Below, piece by piece: positions 28,739-38,703 of a DNA stretch of 64,000 bases; position 1 is the first letter of the stretch, and each line of letters begins with the position of its first letter. The position numbers and the translations under genes were made by a program. Under the pieces are notes generated by a model. The model had not been told where the DNA came from, ran no database searches, and saw nothing but the letters and a program-made list of their open reading frames with translations. Source of the DNA: Candidatus Micrarchaeota archaeon (GTDB taxonomy: Archaea; Iainarchaeota; Iainarchaeia; JAADDC01); the NCBI GenBank assembly GCA_027046625.1, contig JALTXX010000003.1, positions 10,378 through 74,377 of the forward strand. The letters run 5' to 3'.

Positions 28739-30736
28739 GTGAAACGTGTATTAAAGGAGTTTAAGGAACTTCTGAAGGAGAAGCCAGAGGGATTTCTAGA
28801 TGCAGAAAAGTTTCTTAAAGTAGCGCTTGGCACCATTACCAGGGCTGTGCATAGAAATATAGGCAGAGGATTAGGGGAGGAGGGGAAAATAAAGTTTAAT
28901 TTGGAAGCTTATGATAAGGAAGGGTATAATCACATATCAGAGGCTAGGATACACGAGAAAATATCAGATAGGGTGGCCAGCCATCCAGAGATAAGGAAGA
29001 TTTTGTCTATTATAAAGAAACCAAGGCTGGTGTTTGCTCCGGAGAGAGAAATTGATATCTACGATATTTACAGTGATAGACTTCCGAACATAAAAAGATA
29101 TGTAGTGTTGGACAATGAAATAATAGAGCTGTTCAAAATGTATGGCACGTACAACCCTCATTTGTTAGAAAAGGATGAACATGAACTACTATCGTACTTG
29201 CTAGCAGAAAATGAAGGAGAGGAAGAGATTATCCGCCATCTTATGTATAGATTACCAAGAGAGGAGCTGTTGGAGCGATGGGAAGATATAAGGAGGAAAT
29301 TCTCTGATGAAGAGCTAAGGTCTCTCCTTGTAAGGTTTAGAGGGGACGATATACGTAACCTTCTGGATAGGAAAGAGGAGGAGCTGAGAGGTGCATTACC
29401 TTTCCTAAGGAAAGTAGGTATTTTCAACGAAAAGGTGTTGGAATTGGCCACAAGACTATCTAAACATCCGGCCTCCCATCTCCTTATACCCCACTTCAAC
29501 AAGATTATGCTATTCTCTGTAAGGGAACCAGAAGAGATGGAACGATTCTTGAAGGTTGTACGGGATAACCCAGATATTTTGACCCATGTAAGGGGTCTGG
29601 ATGATATAAAAAGAGTAGCTCAGGCGGAAAGGAAGGGCCTTGATCCCAAGAAGATAGAGCTCCTGCTAGAACATAATATGGATCTATCAGATGCGCACCT
29701 TTTAGATATAGAGTGGTTTAGGAATGGGTTGAAGAGAGGAATGAGCGTGGGTACGTTGAAGAATGTATATCTCCACCCTGTGAAAAACAAAAAAGCCCTT
29801 CTAGAGCTGATTAGAAAGGTAGGTAGAGATATTTTAGAGTATGATGTGAGCGACAGGGATGTAAGCAAGCTTCTCCAGGCAAAGATAGTAGACCTAGATG
29901 CTGCTGTAAGCTTATCAAAGCTGAATATACATCTTCACCCGGAGTTCCAACGATTATATAGGGAAGGTGTGCCCCCAGAGAGACTGAAACAGCTAGAGGA
30001 GATGGGGGTAAATCCAGATATATTAAGGGGGATACCTCCTCACAAGGTGGAGGCCATCCTATCCTATGTGGGCAATAAAATATCTGCTAAGGATGTGGAG
30101 AGCCTTCTCACCTTTAAAACGGATGTTATAAAGAGGGGTGGAAGAAAGGAAAGAACCTCCCTAAAGGATCCGGAGAAATATGCACAGAATCTGTTGAAAC
30201 ATTTAAGGGTTACAAAGGATGGATACAGGTTTAGGGGAGGCAGTGTGCCTAAGGTGTTGAGGAAGAAGGTATATAAGAGTGTAGAAGATCTCTTAAAGGA
30301 TATAAAGGCTCATCTATACCTAAAATATAGTAAAGAGGATGCAGAGGAGGTTATTTCCATCTTACAGAATAAGGTGCCGTCTCTGCTACCAAATAAGGTG
30401 GTAAAGGAAGAGCAATATGTAAGGGAAAATTATGGGGATGTGGTTCCTGTCCTAAGAAGTTTATACAGATCATTACCTCATATAAAGATAAGTAGAGAAG
30501 GGGAATACATAATCTTCAGACACACAAAAAGCTTCCACGATAGCACTGCCCTCTTCAGTCCTAAGTTTCTAAGGATACTAAGAGAGGTTGGAGGGAGTAT
30601 TAGTATTCAAAAGCCCTATGAAAAGGGAGAAAACAGGTTAAAAGTACACAGAGACGTTTTATCCTATCTTCTATCCCATGATAGTATTTCCAACGTAAGG
30701 GAGGTAAAGGAGCTAAGGAAGAGGCTCAAACTATAA
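28739..30736 (+). CDS. Hypothetical 665-aa charged helical protein
   Basis: Long ORF with genome-typical composition. No motif recognised. Confidence 0.8.
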   Translation: MKRVLKEFKELLKEKPEGFLDAEKFLKVALGTITRAVHRNIGRGLGEEGKIKFNLEAYDKEGYNHISEARIHEKISDRVASHPEIRKILSIIKKPRLVFAPEREIDIYDIYSDRLPNIKRYVVLDNEIIELFKMYGTYNPHLLEKDEHELLSYLLAENEGEEEIIRHLMYRLPREELLERWEDIRRKFSDEELRSLLVRFRGDDIRNLLDRKEEELRGALPFLRKVGIFNEKVLELATRLSKHPASHLLIPHFNKIMLFSVREPEEMERFLKVVRDNPDILTHVRGLDDIKRVAQAERKGLDPKKIELLLEHNMDLSDAHLLDIEWFRNGLKRGMSVGTLKNVYLHPVKNKKALLELIRKVGRDILEYDVSDRDVSKLLQAKIVDLDAAVSLSKLNIHLHPEFQRLYREGVPPERLKQLEEMGVNPDILRGIPPHKVEAILSYVGNKISAKDVESLLTFKTDVIKRGGRKERTSLKDPEKYAQNLLKHLRVTKDGYRFRGGSVPKVLRKKVYKSVEDLLKDIKAHLYLKYSKEDAEEVISILQNKVPSLLPNKVVKEEQYVRENYGDVVPVLRSLYRSLPHIKISREGEYIIFRHTKSFHDSTALFSPKFLRILREVGGSISIQKPYEKGENRLKVHRDVLSYLLSHDSISNVREVKELRKRLKL

Positions 30737-30761
30737 AAAGGACCACATCCTTTGAATAGGG

Positions 30762-31562
30762 ATGAGATACGTTGTGGATACTTCCCCTTCCAAGTATGAA
30801 CTACCCGAAGAAGTAATCAGAATATGGAGAGAGGAGGATGTGCCAGATGTTTATAGGGTAAATGGAATGTATGTAGTGGATCTGCAGTTTGGAGAGCGGC
30901 GTATTATGATTGTTCCCACGGAGGAAACGGTTTATATTTTCCATAGGGATGCAAAGGAATTTCTACGATGGCTAAGAAATGTTCAAAAGAAGAAGAGGAA
31001 GTTCCTTGAGGATGTGAGAGAGTTCCTTTACCATGCCATCCAGACAGAGCTTGACAACGTTAATAACATTGTCGTTGAGATACATAAGGAAGTTTCCCGT
31101 CTTGAAAGATTTATACTGAAGGATCTCGGAAAGGAGAACGAAGGAGCCGTTATTTCTATGTATAGATTGACATCTCTGCTTCTCCAAATAAAGAGAGACC
31201 TTACTTACTTTAACCTGTCTCTTTCCAAACTTAGAAAGCTCTTCCCACCAGATGAGATAAACGAGCTCCGTCTCTCTATAAAGGAAACACTTACTCTTAT
31301 TAACCTAACACTAAACACGGCTGGTTCGCTTCTTGATGTGCACGACAAAGCTCTATCCATGGAGTTAAACCTTTTAATAAAGAGGTTGACAGCAATTTCA
31401 ATAATTTTAGCTGTTATAACGATAATTACTGGAATATACGGTATGAACTTCAGGGTTATTCCGTTGGCCGATCATCCGCTAGGCTTCTGGATTATAAACG
31501 GCTTTATGGTTATGCTATTCTTCCTCATGCTATGGTGGTTCAAGCGTATAGGATGGATGTAG
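30762..31562 (+). CDS. corA: CorA-family Mg2+/Co2+ transporter
   Basis: GIYGMNF signature and two C-terminal TM helices ending FKRIGWM. Confidence 0.9.
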   Translation: MRYVVDTSPSKYELPEEVIRIWREEDVPDVYRVNGMYVVDLQFGERRIMIVPTEETVYIFHRDAKEFLRWLRNVQKKKRKFLEDVREFLYHAIQTELDNVNNIVVEIHKEVSRLERFILKDLGKENEGAVISMYRLTSLLLQIKRDLTYFNLSLSKLRKLFPPDEINELRLSIKETLTLINLTLNTAGSLLDVHDKALSMELNLLIKRLTAISIILAVITIITGIYGMNFRVIPLADHPLGFWIINGFMVMLFFLMLWWFKRIGWM

Positions 31563-31593
31563 CTTTAAAGCAGCTACAACACATTATTTTCCC

Positions 31594-31734
31594 ATGAGAG
31601 GACAGGGTACCTTCGAGTACATGCTCCTTCTACTTGCGGTAATCGTAGTGGTTGTTATCCTCTTTTCTAATATGTTCAGCGGAGCAAGGGAGGTAAAGGG
31701 TGGCATTGAGGAAGTTGCCTCCCAGCTTAGGTAA
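31594..31734 (+). CDS. Small type IV pilin, 46 aa (not in ORF track)
   Basis: Manual translation: MRGQGTFEYMLLLLAVIVVVVILFSNMFSGAREVKGGIEEVASQLR. N-terminus nearly identical to the pilin at 26820. Confidence 0.85.
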   Translation: MRGQGTFEYMLLLLAVIVVVVILFSNMFSGAREVKGGIEEVASQLR

Positions 31735-31765
31735 GCTTTAAATGGGAAAAGTATAAGAGTATAGT

Positions 31766-34282
31766 GTGAGGCTTCAAACATCCTTTGAGTATCTCCTCAC
31801 GGCGGGAGCAGCCCTACTAATTACGCTGGCTGTAGGAACCCCAGTCATCCAATCCCTCTCAAATATCCAGACCACAACAGCCCTTCCTCCCACTCCTCTC
31901 GTTGAAGGAAAAAGATATATCACCCTTGCCTATGTAGATCCACCAAAGGGAACTACAAACACATTGTTTACCTTCTACTGTGCTGCAAAGAACGCAAGAA
32001 CCATCTATTTGTATGTGGACGGAAGCTTTATTCATAGCTGTAGCGATATATCCTACTGTCAAGCAAAGAAAAGAGGATTCGCTGGCTCCGCCTCTGGAAG
32101 GGAACACCTTTTCAAGTGTAGAGTTTATACAAAGAATGGAATAGTAGAGGAGTACACCATCCCCTTCTATGTTTACAACAGGGATGTAGAGCCTCCCAGC
32201 GTAAGTGTATCGGTTAACCCCAATTCGGGAGATCCATCCACCGTGTTTAACATTCTTTGTACAGCTACCGATAACATAGGCGTTAAAACCATCAAGATAT
32301 TTGTTGACGGACTGTTAAAGCAAACATGTAACGATTCTACCACATGCCAGTACTCTGGTGCCTTTTCGGTGGGAACTCATACTGCACAATGTGAAGCCGC
32401 AGATCTATCAGATAACACAAACTCCGCCTCCGCTACCTTTACAGTAACAGAGGCTGGTTCTACCCCTGGCGGAGGGACCTCCCCAGGCGGCGGTGGAGGA
32501 GGCGGAGGAACCACCCCTAGTAATAATAACCCACCGGGAGGAACTCCCCCAGGTGGAGGCACCTCAGGTTCAAAACCTAAAATAAGTTGTAGCTTGCAGA
32601 ATGATTTTAGTGGTAAAGTAACTGTAATATGTACTGCTGTAGTTCCGGATAAAAGTAAGTTTATTGCAGATTTTGATGTAAAGGAAGCATCCCTTCTCAA
32701 TGAGGGCTATTATATCCATACGCAGTTTCCTGGAAACAACTTGGAGCTTTGTAGAGGTATACAGGGATTCCCCTCATATTGCAAGAAGTATCCAGCACCC
32801 TATACCTTTACACCATCAGATAACTTTGTAAAGCAGGCCTTTGACACAGAGAAAGGAGTTAGGGTAGAGGTAGCATACGGAAGTTATTTGGCAACAGTAA
32901 TGCTAACATATGATAGGGATGAACTTGTGTGTAGAGGATTGACCTGGCAAAATGGCAAAGGATATGTCCGCCTGACTTTAATAGCGCAGAATTCATCTGC
33001 AATAGTGTCTAATGAAAGTGTAACCAAAGAAACTATTATGCTACCCAACACGTTAGGCAATTGTCCCATAAGAACCGACGCGCAGCTTCTATATTATGTG
33101 GATGTAGACGGAGATTTCTCATCCGATGGCATATATACAGCATGTAAGGGATCCACGGATGATGGTCTGAAACAGATAGCTGTGAGCACCTTCCCTTTGT
33201 ATAGCGTTTATGATGGAGAGTACAGGGTTTGTAACACTAAAAGATCCATGACTAGAGGATGGTACAAGGATGGATTCTATGAGAGCCTTTCTGCTAAAGG
33301 GAAACAAAACGTAGATAAATCTATCCGTATAGTACCCATACCATACTTTATAGATAGTGGTAAGGTAGTGGAGGGTGCTTGTGGAAGGTTTATACCTAAG
33401 AGCATGCTGGTAACCCCTGATGGAAGACCAACCACAGGCAAGGTATTTGTAAGGTGCCAATATGAGTCCTTAACCGGTGGTAGAGTGGAAAGAACATTCA
33501 CATTCGATGGAACGTTGATATGTAAAGCCCTAGGAGGTAGCAACTGTACCTCATCGCCGAGAGGACCCACTCCTCCATCCGCACCACCTCCGGGCTCAAG
33601 CCCTACAACCGGAGGGTCTTTTAGTGTAGCCCTTGACGTATCCCCACAAACAGGCTACATGGGAGACAGATTCAGAGTAACATGTACCACCATAAAGGAT
33701 GCAACCATTACAAAGATAGAAGCTAGGGGCGCATGGGGCTACTACAGAGAAGACCTCACAAGAGGGATGGTGTGCGACATAAACCCAAACTATCCATTCC
33801 TTCAGACATGTATCGTAAACTACTACCCCCCAGACATAGGAACCTACACTTTAACCTGTGTAGCTGACTACCAAGGCCAAACAGCCTCCGACACCAAAAC
33901 CATAATCGTTCAAGAGAGGCCACCCAATGTTTCTCTGTCTGTATATCCAGAAACCGTAGAGTACCCGGGTAGTATCCGTGCAGAGTGTATAGTTTCTGCC
34001 ACACCACGTACACATGGGTATAGAGTGGATGACGTAAGGGTGTACTTTTCGATAGATAATGGTGTTGCACGCTATGCATATTGTACTAAGGAATCTCCGG
34101 ACATGAAAAGATGCAGATATTATACTACTACATTTACTACATTACTGAGTGTGGGTAGCCATACGGTTTCATGCATAGCCATTGGACCTGAAGGTGGTAG
34201 AGCAACCGACTATGCCACAGTAGTGGTGGAACCTCCTCCAGAGTATAGACGACCCTCCTATAGGAGAGTACCCTCTATATGA
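31766..34282 (+). CDS. Large pilin-anchored, Cys-rich, Ig-like-domain surface protein (putative adhesin)
   Basis: MRL/QTSFEYLL class III-like N-terminus. DVEPPSV...ATDNIGV...FVDG Ig-like repeats. Gly/Pro/Thr linkers. Confidence 0.8.
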   Translation: MRLQTSFEYLLTAGAALLITLAVGTPVIQSLSNIQTTTALPPTPLVEGKRYITLAYVDPPKGTTNTLFTFYCAAKNARTIYLYVDGSFIHSCSDISYCQAKKRGFAGSASGREHLFKCRVYTKNGIVEEYTIPFYVYNRDVEPPSVSVSVNPNSGDPSTVFNILCTATDNIGVKTIKIFVDGLLKQTCNDSTTCQYSGAFSVGTHTAQCEAADLSDNTNSASATFTVTEAGSTPGGGTSPGGGGGGGGTTPSNNNPPGGTPPGGGTSGSKPKISCSLQNDFSGKVTVICTAVVPDKSKFIADFDVKEASLLNEGYYIHTQFPGNNLELCRGIQGFPSYCKKYPAPYTFTPSDNFVKQAFDTEKGVRVEVAYGSYLATVMLTYDRDELVCRGLTWQNGKGYVRLTLIAQNSSAIVSNESVTKETIMLPNTLGNCPIRTDAQLLYYVDVDGDFSSDGIYTACKGSTDDGLKQIAVSTFPLYSVYDGEYRVCNTKRSMTRGWYKDGFYESLSAKGKQNVDKSIRIVPIPYFIDSGKVVEGACGRFIPKSMLVTPDGRPTTGKVFVRCQYESLTGGRVERTFTFDGTLICKALGGSNCTSSPRGPTPPSAPPPGSSPTTGGSFSVALDVSPQTGYMGDRFRVTCTTIKDATITKIEARGAWGYYREDLTRGMVCDINPNYPFLQTCIVNYYPPDIGTYTLTCVADYQGQTASDTKTIIVQERPPNVSLSVYPETVEYPGSIRAECIVSATPRTHGYRVDDVRVYFSIDNGVARYAYCTKESPDMKRCRYYTTTFTTLLSVGSHTVSCIAIGPEGGRATDYATVVVEPPPEYRRPSYRRVPSI

Positions 34283-34334
34283 GGGAGGGCTTGGCGGGGG
34301 ATACCAGCTTCCTCTTCCCTTCTGGGGTAGATAG

Positions 34335-35438
34335 TCACCTTGCGGAAACGATCTTTATTACATCTAGATGGTTTAGGGGTTGATCCTTGGGAATCCTAAT
34401 GAGTTTTCTGGCATCTATCGCGGCTACAAAGTGCTTCGCTAGGTCTGAATGTATCTTCTCTGCAAGGTCAAGAGGTGTAGACCCCTTCTCTAGTATAATA
34501 GCGTCTGGTAGTACTCTTCCGGCACTATCTGTCCAATTATGCTCGTTCTGAACAGGAAACACCACAATATGGTTTGATAAAACAGCCTCGTTTATAGCCC
34601 TTTGAACACCGGTGGAGCTCCATCTGGATAGCACCTCCTCTGCTATAGATAGTGCTTTCTCTTGTTGGGGTGAAAGAGGCTTCAAAACCCGGAAGGAGTC
34701 ATCCCCAGGAATATAATCTATGTAGCCTGACTTTGCAGCCCTTCTAAGTATGAGTTCTGAGAGGGAGGAGGTAGGGATTACATCACCATAACGCTTTTGT
34801 AGTTCCTTTACCCACTCCTCAGAGGAGGGGATATCCACCTTATTGGCCACAATAACCCTTTTCTTCCCCTTCAATATCCTATCTACAATCTCCTCTATCC
34901 CCATATCGTAGCTTATCTCTAATGATCCAAAGGCGCTCAGCTGTTGGATGAGCCTTTCCTCCCTTTCCTCGGGAGGATAGTTTCTCACCTTCTCCAAAGC
35001 CTTCTCCACAATACCTTTTATCCATAATCTTAGTTCCCTCTCTAGAAAGGCAACTTCCTCAACGGGATTTCCCTCTCCCTCGTTTCCTTCCATATCTGTC
35101 CTTCCAGAAGCATCCACAACGTGAATATACACTTTTTCCTGTCTTATCTGGTCTAGAAACTTGTTGCCCATCCCCCTCCCCTCATGGGCACCCGGAACCA
35201 GCCCCGCAATATCTGTAATCTTTACAGGTACAAACCGGTTACCCATAATACAAAATCCCTTAGAAGGTTCGCAAACTCTACCCTTTTCCTGATGGGGACA
35301 CGGAATCCTTATCCACGTAATCCCTATGTTTGGATCTATGGTGGTAAAGGGATAGGGAGCAGTTTTTACATTGAGCTCCGTGGCGGCATTGAAAAAGGTA
35401 CTCTTGCCTGATGAGGGCTTCCCTATGAGTCCTATCAT
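34335..35438 (-). CDS. Obg-family YchF/Ygr210-like GTPase with TGS domain
   Basis: [48 protein letters not shown]. Confidence 0.93.
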   Translation of the reverse strand: MIGLIGKPSSGKSTFFNAATELNVKTAPYPFTTIDPNIGITWIRIPCPHQEKGRVCEPSKGFCIMGNRFVPVKITDIAGLVPGAHEGRGMGNKFLDQIRQEKVYIHVVDASGRTDMEGNEGEGNPVEEVAFLERELRLWIKGIVEKALEKVRNYPPEEREERLIQQLSAFGSLEISYDMGIEEIVDRILKGKKRVIVANKVDIPSSEEWVKELQKRYGDVIPTSSLSELILRRAAKSGYIDYIPGDDSFRVLKPLSPQQEKALSIAEEVLSRWSSTGVQRAINEAVLSNHIVVFPVQNEHNWTDSAGRVLPDAIILEKGSTPLDLAEKIHSDLAKHFVAAIDARKLIRIPKDQPLNHLDVIKIVSAR

Positions 35439-36274
35439 GTTCTCACAATCCTACAATAATCCACATACTTAGGGGTTGAGTAGTTTTTCCGCGCAAAGTA
35501 CTCTACATACGGGGCGTTTTCATCAAGGATGGTGTACCCGTCAATACTTATTCTAACCATTGCCTGATATGAGGTAACGGTATACTTTGCTAAGGTTTCC
35601 TCTTTTGTTCCAGTGTGGCACACACAGTAATAGTTTTTTGTTACCTCTTTCCAGTCCCTTGAAACGGAGAATGTAATGCTTTTATTTGTGCTTCTTGTAA
35701 TTGTGGGCGTCTCTATGGTGCAGTTATAGGAAAAGATCCATGTATCTCCAGATCCGGCAATACCGTATGAAGAGCAGGAGAGCTTTACCCCCAATACATC
35801 CAACGCATTTCTAAGATCGTTGTAGAGCGTATCCAGAGTATTCTTTACATTTACGGAACTTACGTTAGGGGTAGAAGGAAATGGAGAAAGATAGTAGCCT
35901 ACAACATTAGGGCATGGATCTATATCACTTCCTCCTGAGAGGTTCCATATGGTACATCCAATATTATTGTCAACGGATTTGCATGTTGCAGTGGTTCCAC
36001 CGGGTGGAAACTGATAGAAGGAAGGAACATTCCATTTTTCGCTGCTGTCATTGCTATAATCGCCAGGGTCGAAGTTGTTGGCAAGCACCTTGTAATACTC
36101 ATAGGCATAGGCTTCTGCGGCAGCCTTTACAAGTTGGAACTCTGCTACCGTAATGTGGAGGGCATGGTAATACCCAACCCACATAGGAGCCACAAAGCCC
36201 AGAGAGGAATAGTACAGACCCACCAAATTCATGAGGGTTAATACCCCTTCAAGGGGAGAGGCAATGGTTAACAT
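35435..36274 (-). CDS. Hypothetical exported Cys-containing protein
   Basis: Hydrophobic N-terminus and S/T/N/C-rich body. Third gene of a pilin-like operon. Confidence 0.65.
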   Translation of the reverse strand: MLTIASPLEGVLTLMNLVGLYYSSLGFVAPMWVGYYHALHITVAEFQLVKAAAEAYAYEYYKVLANNFDPGDYSNDSSEKWNVPSFYQFPPGGTTATCKSVDNNIGCTIWNLSGGSDIDPCPNVVGYYLSPFPSTPNVSSVNVKNTLDTLYNDLRNALDVLGVKLSCSSYGIAGSGDTWIFSYNCTIETPTITRSTNKSITFSVSRDWKEVTKNYYCVCHTGTKEETLAKYTVTSYQAMVRISIDGYTILDENAPYVEYFARKNYSTPKYVDYCRIVRT

Positions 36275-36504
36275 CCTATCACCTCTGGTCTGTCAAGTAC
36301 AGATAGATCTCCAAAGGTTTCTATGTTTACGGTGCATATATCGGGATTTCCTCCCTTCCCCATCTCTATGGATGCTATATCACCTACCATGGTAGGCAAA
36401 TCTTCGTGGGGCGGGATGTTTATGGATCCTATAACTTGGGAAATGCCATACATAGTTAGTATGAGGAGCACAAGGTATATGGTGGAGAAGAACAAGCCCC
36501 TCAC
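36268..36504 (-). CDS. Pilin-like protein (MRG/LFFST)
   Basis: R-G followed by a hydrophobic helix. Operonic overlaps. Confidence 0.55.
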   Translation of the reverse strand: MRGLFFSTIYLVLLILTMYGISQVIGSINIPPHEDLPTMVGDIASIEMGKGGNPDICTVNIETFGDLSVLDRPEVIGC

Positions 36505-36884
36505 CCGATCACCTCCAGAGAGGAGGGGGTTACCCTAATGGCAGAGCTACCCCTTGATAGTGTAGTAGTGGTACACCTTACGTTGAACCCTGGTAATTGG
36601 ATGAAGTATTCGTTACTACCCCACCTCATAGACACACTGCTACCATTGCATGAAAGCTCAATACCATTTACAGGTACGGTAACTACTGTATATTGAGTTC
36701 CAAGGATGGTGGATCTGTAGAGAGCCATCTTTATCTGAGAAAGGGACATCCTTACATAGGTTAGCACAACTGTTTCTTTGGAAACATTTTTCGTACTGTT
36801 TACCATGCCTTGGGCAAGAGGATAGAACATTCCTAATAGTACCAGTGCAATGAGTAATACCTCAACACTTACAAACCCACGCAT
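36501..36884 (-). CDS. Pilin-like protein (MRG/FVSVE)
   Basis: Class III motif with S+3/E+5. Confidence 0.7.
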   Translation of the reverse strand: MRGFVSVEVLLIALVLLGMFYPLAQGMVNSTKNVSKETVVLTYVRMSLSQIKMALYRSTILGTQYTVVTVPVNGIELSCNGSSVSMRWGSNEYFIQLPGFNVRCTTTTLSRGSSAIRVTPSSLEVIG

Positions 36885-36922
36885 TAATAACTTATTAACA
36901 CCTTCCTCTCAAATACCTATCG

Positions 36923-38131
36923 ATGTTATGGACAAAGAAGTATAGACCAAGAAGGGTGGAGGACTTCTTAGGAAATGACGAGGCAAAGAAGATTGTAAAG
37001 ATATGGGCAGATAGTTGGAGGGAGAATAGACCCCAGAAGCCTCTCCTGTTCTACGGTCCCCCAGGAACTGGGAAGACCTCTATGGCCTATGCGGTGGCAG
37101 AGGAGTATGGATGGGATATTATAGAAATGAACGCCTCTGACACAAGGGACAGTAGTACAGTGGAGAGGGTACTAGGATCGGCGTCCCAATCACTTTCTCT
37201 ATTTGGAACAAGAAAGCTCATTCTCATAGATGAGGTAGACGGCCTCTCTCCAAGGGAGGATGCAGGAGGCTTAAAGGTGATACGAGAGATACTTGAGAAG
37301 TCCAAGAATCCTACTATTCTTACAGCTAACGATGCGTGGAATCCTTCAGTAACACCTCTCCATCCTTATGTGAGGATGGTGGAGTTTAGGAGAGTACCTC
37401 CTTACCAGTTGGCAAAGTTCCTTATGAAGATTCTAGAAGAGGAAGGAATCCCCTATGAAAAAGAGGCCATCGAGTATCTTGCCAGGAAGGAAAGTGGAGA
37501 TGTAAGATCAGCGTTGCTTGATCTTCAAGCTGTTGCTAGATATGGGGTGAAGATAACCCTGGAGATAGTGAAGGATTTAGGTTACAGGGATAGAGAGGCC
37601 AATATCTTTGAAGTGCTTGCTCGTATCTTTAAGAGCGAACATGTTATGAGACCGTTCACCCTCCTTTCAACCCTTGATGTGGATCCTGATATTCTCCCCT
37701 TCTGGATAGCGGAAAACATACCGAGGGAGTATGAGAGACCTGAAGAGATAGGTGAGGCATTTAGATGGGTTTCTAAGGCAGATGTTTATAATGGTAGAAT
37801 ATTAAGGAGACAGTACTGGGGATTTTTGGCATACGCGCAGGAATTGCTTATAAACGGGGTTATAATAGCTAAAAAGAGACCCTACAAGAAGTTTACCAGG
37901 TACTCATACCCAGAATGGCTTAGGTTGCTGTCGAGGTATAAAGATAAACTTCAAAAGAGGAGAGAAGCTGCCAAAAAGCTGGCAAAACTGTTCCATACAT
38001 CTTCAAGGAGAGTACTTATGGATATTATGCCGTATCTACCTCTTATCATGAAGAACGAAGCGTGGAAGAGTACTATTATGAGGAAAGCAAGATTAACAGA
38101 GGAGGATTTAAAAGCGTTAGGTATATCTTAA
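36923..38131 (+). CDS. rfcL: Replication factor C large subunit
   Basis: [37 protein letters not shown]. Confidence 0.95.
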   Translation: MLWTKKYRPRRVEDFLGNDEAKKIVKIWADSWRENRPQKPLLFYGPPGTGKTSMAYAVAEEYGWDIIEMNASDTRDSSTVERVLGSASQSLSLFGTRKLILIDEVDGLSPREDAGGLKVIREILEKSKNPTILTANDAWNPSVTPLHPYVRMVEFRRVPPYQLAKFLMKILEEEGIPYEKEAIEYLARKESGDVRSALLDLQAVARYGVKITLEIVKDLGYRDREANIFEVLARIFKSEHVMRPFTLLSTLDVDPDILPFWIAENIPREYERPEEIGEAFRWVSKADVYNGRILRRQYWGFLAYAQELLINGVIIAKKRPYKKFTRYSYPEWLRLLSRYKDKLQKRREAAKKLAKLFHTSSRRVLMDIMPYLPLIMKNEAWKSTIMRKARLTEEDLKALGIS

Positions 38132-38689
38132 GAGGTGCTTCAGAAGATCCTCCTCTTCTTTTAGCTGTTTTTCTACCTTTTCAAGGAGCTTCAACTTGTT
38201 TGTTATAAGGGTACTTTTAACCCTTCTTGTTTCATCTATGAAGCTGCCAACAGAAGATTTTTTGTACACAGGGCTATTCTCTATCGCTTCTCTAAGCCTC
38301 TCCCTGTATTCTCTGTCCTTTTGTAGCTGTTCAAGGATTTTTCTGCCCCTTTTGTCATCTAATAATTTTTTCACATCCAAGGAGTCTGTAATGTCTTTGT
38401 AGTCCCGATCCACCATTCTCAGAAGTAGGTGTCTAAGGTAAAGGGTATCAAGAGATACACTTCCTTTGTTGAGGGAGGAAACCTTTTCCTTCTCCCTTTT
38501 TATACGCCTTAATTCTTCCCTTATCTCCGAAAGCCTCTCCTTTATTTGTTGCTTAGAAGGGTAGATAATCTTTACCGAATCTTTTTCTATCTTTAGCCTT
38601 AATATCCCTCCTCCCTTTACATACTTCTCTACTTTCTCGTCGTTCAGATATTTTTTCAGCTGTTGTGCGGATGCTATGAGTACCTCCAC
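38117..38689 (-). CDS. Hypothetical coiled-coil protein
   Basis: K/E-rich helical ORF filling the gap. Confidence 0.7.
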   Translation of the reverse strand: MEVLIASAQQLKKYLNDEKVEKYVKGGGILRLKIEKDSVKIIYPSKQQIKERLSEIREELRRIKREKEKVSSLNKGSVSLDTLYLRHLLLRMVDRDYKDITDSLDVKKLLDDKRGRKILEQLQKDREYRERLREAIENSPVYKKSSVGSFIDETRRVKSTLITNKLKLLEKVEKQLKEEEDLLKHLLRYT

Positions 38690-38703
38690 CCTATAATAAC
38701 ATC

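Noticed and set aside
32455-32570. GC-rich GGA/GGC/CCC repeats as possible ncRNA
   Set aside because: Explained by the Gly/Pro/Thr linker codons of the 838-aa protein.
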